A DNA stretch of 64,000 nt from Anthoceros angustus. Taxonomy: Eukaryota; Plantae; Anthocerotophyta. Shown here one piece after another: positions 59,801-64,000 of the stretch. Within the stretch, counting starts at the first letter, position 1; each line of letters begins with the position of its first letter. Location: NCBI GenBank assembly GCA_010909165.1, contig VJWM01000197.1, positions 248,001 through 312,000 on the forward strand, read 5' to 3'. Under the pieces are notes generated by a model that did not search any database, was not told the origin of the DNA, and saw nothing but the letters and a program-made list of their open reading frames with translations. The position numbers and the translations under genes are program-made.

Positions 59801-62800
59801 GTTCAAACTTCGGAAAACAAATTTTCACTTTGAAGTACCTGGCCTGCAGTTTGAACAAGGAGTTTTTGTTGGTGACATTGACGAGTTCTTCATCACATAG
59901 ACCACGTCTATATGCAACAACTGCCAATGTTGGGTCCCTCTTCTCACAGTACTTTCCAACCACTCGGGAGTCATAATACGGGTTGGTGGTAAGAAAGTGC
60001 TCGGGATTAGTATTTGTATCAATAATAATCTTTCCAAGAGCATTGTGCACATGCACATCCTGGCTGCCTTCGCTAACAAGATGCTCCAGAAACTGCGTAA
60101 GAAGCCTCAGCCGATTTCTGAAAAATAGCCAAGGTGTACGTTTGAACAGTGTCGACCTTTCCTCATTGCCTGAAACATGGAATCAACAGTGCAGTTGCAG
60201 AATCTTGTCATCACTTACCTCTTCTCACACTCCTCGACAAGAGGTTCAACTGGGAGAAGTGATCTCACTGAGAGGATCAAACCCTTGATGAAATCCTCTG
60301 AGCAGTCATCATCCAAAAGCTGCCCAACAACCAGAGGTGCATTGCTTGGGTTCACCTGTAAGAATCAACACATTGATTTTCAGAAAATGAACTTCAGATT
60401 CCCAAGATCAAGAACCCCAGTACACACAGACAACAGAACCACAACATAAAAACAGATTAGCACCGGCATTGCAGGCAAAGAGCTCACCTTCTGGACATAA
60501 CCCTCAATATAGCGCAGCATGTTGTTCGTGTACAAGTAGTGGGTAAGATCAGGAACGAACCCAAAGCGGTCACAAACATTGATCAGAGGGCGTGCATCAG
60601 GCAATTTTGCCTCCATCAGGAAATTTTTGGTTCGTTCAGCATCATAGAAGTTGGATTCTCGGGTTACACGCTCCACCTCCTTGATCTGTCCAGTCTTGGC
60701 TGCCGCTTCAATATACTTGAAGTGGATTTCAGGGTCCTCACTGAAAGCGGCACAGCCAATCAGAAAAGGTTGCCAGAGAACTGATTCACCACCACATCCC
60801 AACTCTTTTCTGAAAAAACTATCCCATCCATACCTTGAGCTCAAGAACGCTCCGAGGAAAAAGTAAAGTCCTTCATACGACTTAAACTGCTCAAATAACT
60901 TCACACAGTTGTCCACTCCGAGCTGTTCTGAGTATTCCTTCGATACCTGCACAGACAAGTCTCCTGAGCAGCGCATTGGCAGAAACCATCTATAGGCACT
61001 ACATGGAAGGAGGCCACTATCTTACCTGAACAATTATTTGGAGATTCCCTCTCATGTTCACCAGAAGAAGCTCCTTCATGCAGTCCAGAGCCCACTCCCT
61101 TGACATAGTTCCAAAAAACTCAACCAGTTGCTGCACCCCAGAGAGTCAGCACATAAATACTTGACCAGAATCTGCAGGAGAATAAAAACAGACGGGTGGT
61201 GATTTACCTGAGGCTCTATGGCATGTGTATTTACAACAACGCGCTTGATGTCAATCAGATCAGTATAGTGCTGCAAGACACAAGTATGATATGTTGCTCA
61301 CGTGTAACCTCAATACTGGTATCAGAGAGTTACAAAATAAAAACAGACATTTGACTTCCACTCACCTGCAGAGCACGCATGTACAGCCCAGCTTTTTCAC
61401 AAAGTTGAGCAACACGGGGTCGATCATAATGGCTGAACATGCCATTTGCCAAAATAGCATCCGCGACATTTGGGAAGGTGACAAGATTGATCTCCAGCAC
61501 CTATTTTAAACAACCCAGACAGTGTGTTAGCCGTTGTAGCAATACAGCGAATCCCATCAACAGAACAACTGATACAAGCGCACCTTAGTCTGAAGCAAAG
61601 CGTGCTCTGGAAGATTTGGCTTCAAGACATCTAGCAAGAAAGATGTTGCCTCACGAATCATGTTCCTCTGCAAAAGTAAGAGACATTTCAAACCAACAAT
61701 ATTGCACATCTCAGCACCCATCCAAGTACGCATTATCACTTCAAATCAGCACAGCAGTAACATTGCTGGTTCACTTTCTTCACACCCAGAAATTTGTTGC
61801 TTTCACAGTCATACATAGAAAAAACCAATGCACTCACCTGCAGAAACAAGTCCGTGATTGTGTTGTAATCTAGAGGAGGTCCGCCTTCCATTTGAGACAT
61901 CATCAATGCAAAGTTGACAGCACCCTGCATCCAGGAACAATTACAGACTTCATACTAAGTTTCCAATGTTGACACTTACATCAAGGATCCTCACACCCAC
62001 AAAACAGACTGCGAACCTGAGGGTCTGTTCGCAAGATAGACTGAAGTAAGAAAAGATAATCCGGTGTGTACCCGACCTGCATACCAAAGGTGGTCTTGTA
62101 TTAGCAAACCATGAAGTGCCAGCAGGCTAATTTTGACAAACTGCTAGAAAATGGGTCAGACCTGCTTCGAGTATATGAGAATTTTGTCAAACTCCCGGCG
62201 TTCGGCAAAAGCCGCAACCACTTTTGGTGTTGCTCTTGCCTTAATGTAGATTTTAAGTGCCATGTCATTGTCAACTGTCTGCATCATTTGCACATAAAAA
62301 GAGAAACCAAAATCAGGCTTTCCCAATGTCACAATTGCGACAACAATGGAACTCTGATTCATGAGCATCACTCACCTTGACGAGATCTCCCAGCTCCTCG
62401 CTGCACTCCAGCTTATCTTCGGCTAACCAGTTCTCAAGCAAATTCTTCTTATTTTGATTGACCACTAACCGTGACAGTTCCAGTGACTCGAAGGCATTTA
62501 ACTTGCCTTTAAGCAAAAGAGTTGCAAAATACTGCAGCAGAGGGGACGTCTGTCCAGCTTGTACTGGCACACTCTGGAACAGGCCATCTAAACAAGGTGA
62601 GCACGAGCATACAAATGACACAAACTGTTCCAGGACAATGGGCTTGAAAGCTGTGTCCAGACCTGAAACTTTGCAACTGTCTCAGGCTTCCGCAGAATCC
62701 CTTGAGGTGACTCAGCTGCAAGCTCTGCAGCCTCTTTGTACTTCATTTGTGAAAACAACTCTTGGAACCGTTGCACAACCTGGGGAGGAGAACATCAGAT

Positions 62801-64000
62801 TCACATCTAAGCATGTATTACAGAACTTCCTTCTTCGTAATCAAAAAATAGAAAACAGCATGCAAGAAAACGGCAAAAAAACAACCAGCCGCCAAGTACC
62901 AGATTTTCAGCTCCGGGCAGATTCCCTCGCTTGGCTAAGTTAACAGCAAGCTCCAAGTTGTTCAGCTGTAACACAGCAGATGGCCAGGTGTCAGAATCAG
63001 ACAAAATGCACGGTGGTCCCAGCGTTACAAGGCATAGTCTAGCATTGACTGATTCAATATTACCTGTCCACTAACAAAAGGCACGATCGTTGACTCATTC
63101 AGAGTAGCCTGCAATACTTGTCCCCGCCGATTGACAGCGTAGAAACCACCCAATGATGGGGCATCAGCCGTGAGGAAAATAGGATCAGGACTGATACGAT
63201 TTCGGTACACCGCAGTTGCAGTTTCTAGATCATACACGAACAGAAGGCCAAGCTTGGTGATCACATAGATCAAGCTGTACTTCTGGGAAATCTGCTCAAT
63301 TCAATGACCTTTATGTCAGATACATGTTGCGTACACTGCTCATCCACGTTCATGCATCAGAATCTGGACTGTGGAACTGTTCTGAGCCATTCACAACCAT
63401 AAAATGCCATCAAAGTTTGACAAACAATGCAACAACTACAACCAAACCGATACCAAGAACTGGCCAAAACAATTTGCCAAAGGAGAAGCGCCAAACCTGC
63501 ATTGCAACCGGGAAATCATCTGCGAAGTCAGGAGGGAAGAAGAGATCTGCCTGCTTCTTGGAGAACGAAGGTTTCCCTGCACACATCCATCACAAGATGC
63601 AGGTTTGCTTCAAAGAGTCATCCAAATGAAAGTGAACAGCCAACAATCATCGACATCATGCCATAAACTCAATAAACTTTTTGAATCACACCTGGTACAG
63701 CACCAAGCTCAATGATATGCAACTTTGATGTCAGCTGTCCAGCATTGATGGTCTTTGTCGCAAAGGAGATCAGAGTCGATGGCGTATCATTCCCAGGCAC
63801 CTGGACCACAGAGCGATAGCAACTGATGAGCTGACCAGCTGGTAACCTTTGATTCAAGCCTTTCTGATTGATTCTGAAACCTGCACCTCTCATTCAAGCT
63901 ACCCAGATCCTAACTTGAAAGTAGAAAAAGCTGCAGCATGTGAACAGCTGGTAAACTCCAGACACCAATACAAGCTGGGAAATCTCTAGACATGGTTAAG
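56830..64000 (-). CDS. CHC: Clathrin heavy chain, multi-exon, 5' part outside the window
   Basis: [109 protein letters not shown]-terminal Pro/Gly/Met tail. Confidence 0.98.

Overview
Eukaryotic, gene-dense plant nuclear DNA with short GT-AG introns and chloroplast-targeted genes. The compact layout suggests a bryophyte/hornwort-like genome (inference only). Recognisable host genes: NAA40 (partial), intronless SWC4/DMAP1, two tandem SEN1/UPF1-like SF1 helicases, a small Cys/His-rich ORF, a P-type PPR gene, a DUF427 gene, FPGS, a fasciclin-like AGP, PEX19, PSB27-H2 and clathrin heavy chain (partial). The main discovery is a 10.4-kb DNA transposon (8391-18826) with perfect 33-bp TIRs and a 2-bp TSD, nested inside a CRE-like non-LTR reverse transcriptase. 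It encodes a DDE transposase on the + strand. On the - strand it carries a ParB-like (GGNH) domain followed by a prokaryote-type beta-class N4C/N6A DNA methyltransferase domain. It also holds repeated GC-rich palindromes with a shared core and variable arms. A second notable item is a helicase with SIM/UIM-like motifs and a ParB-like domain at the N-terminus and a possible RelE-like region at the C-terminus. Many single-base frameshifts and two near-identical tandem duplications suggest long-read consensus errors, so the element's 'pseudogene' status is uncertain. All calls were made by eye; no database searches were run.
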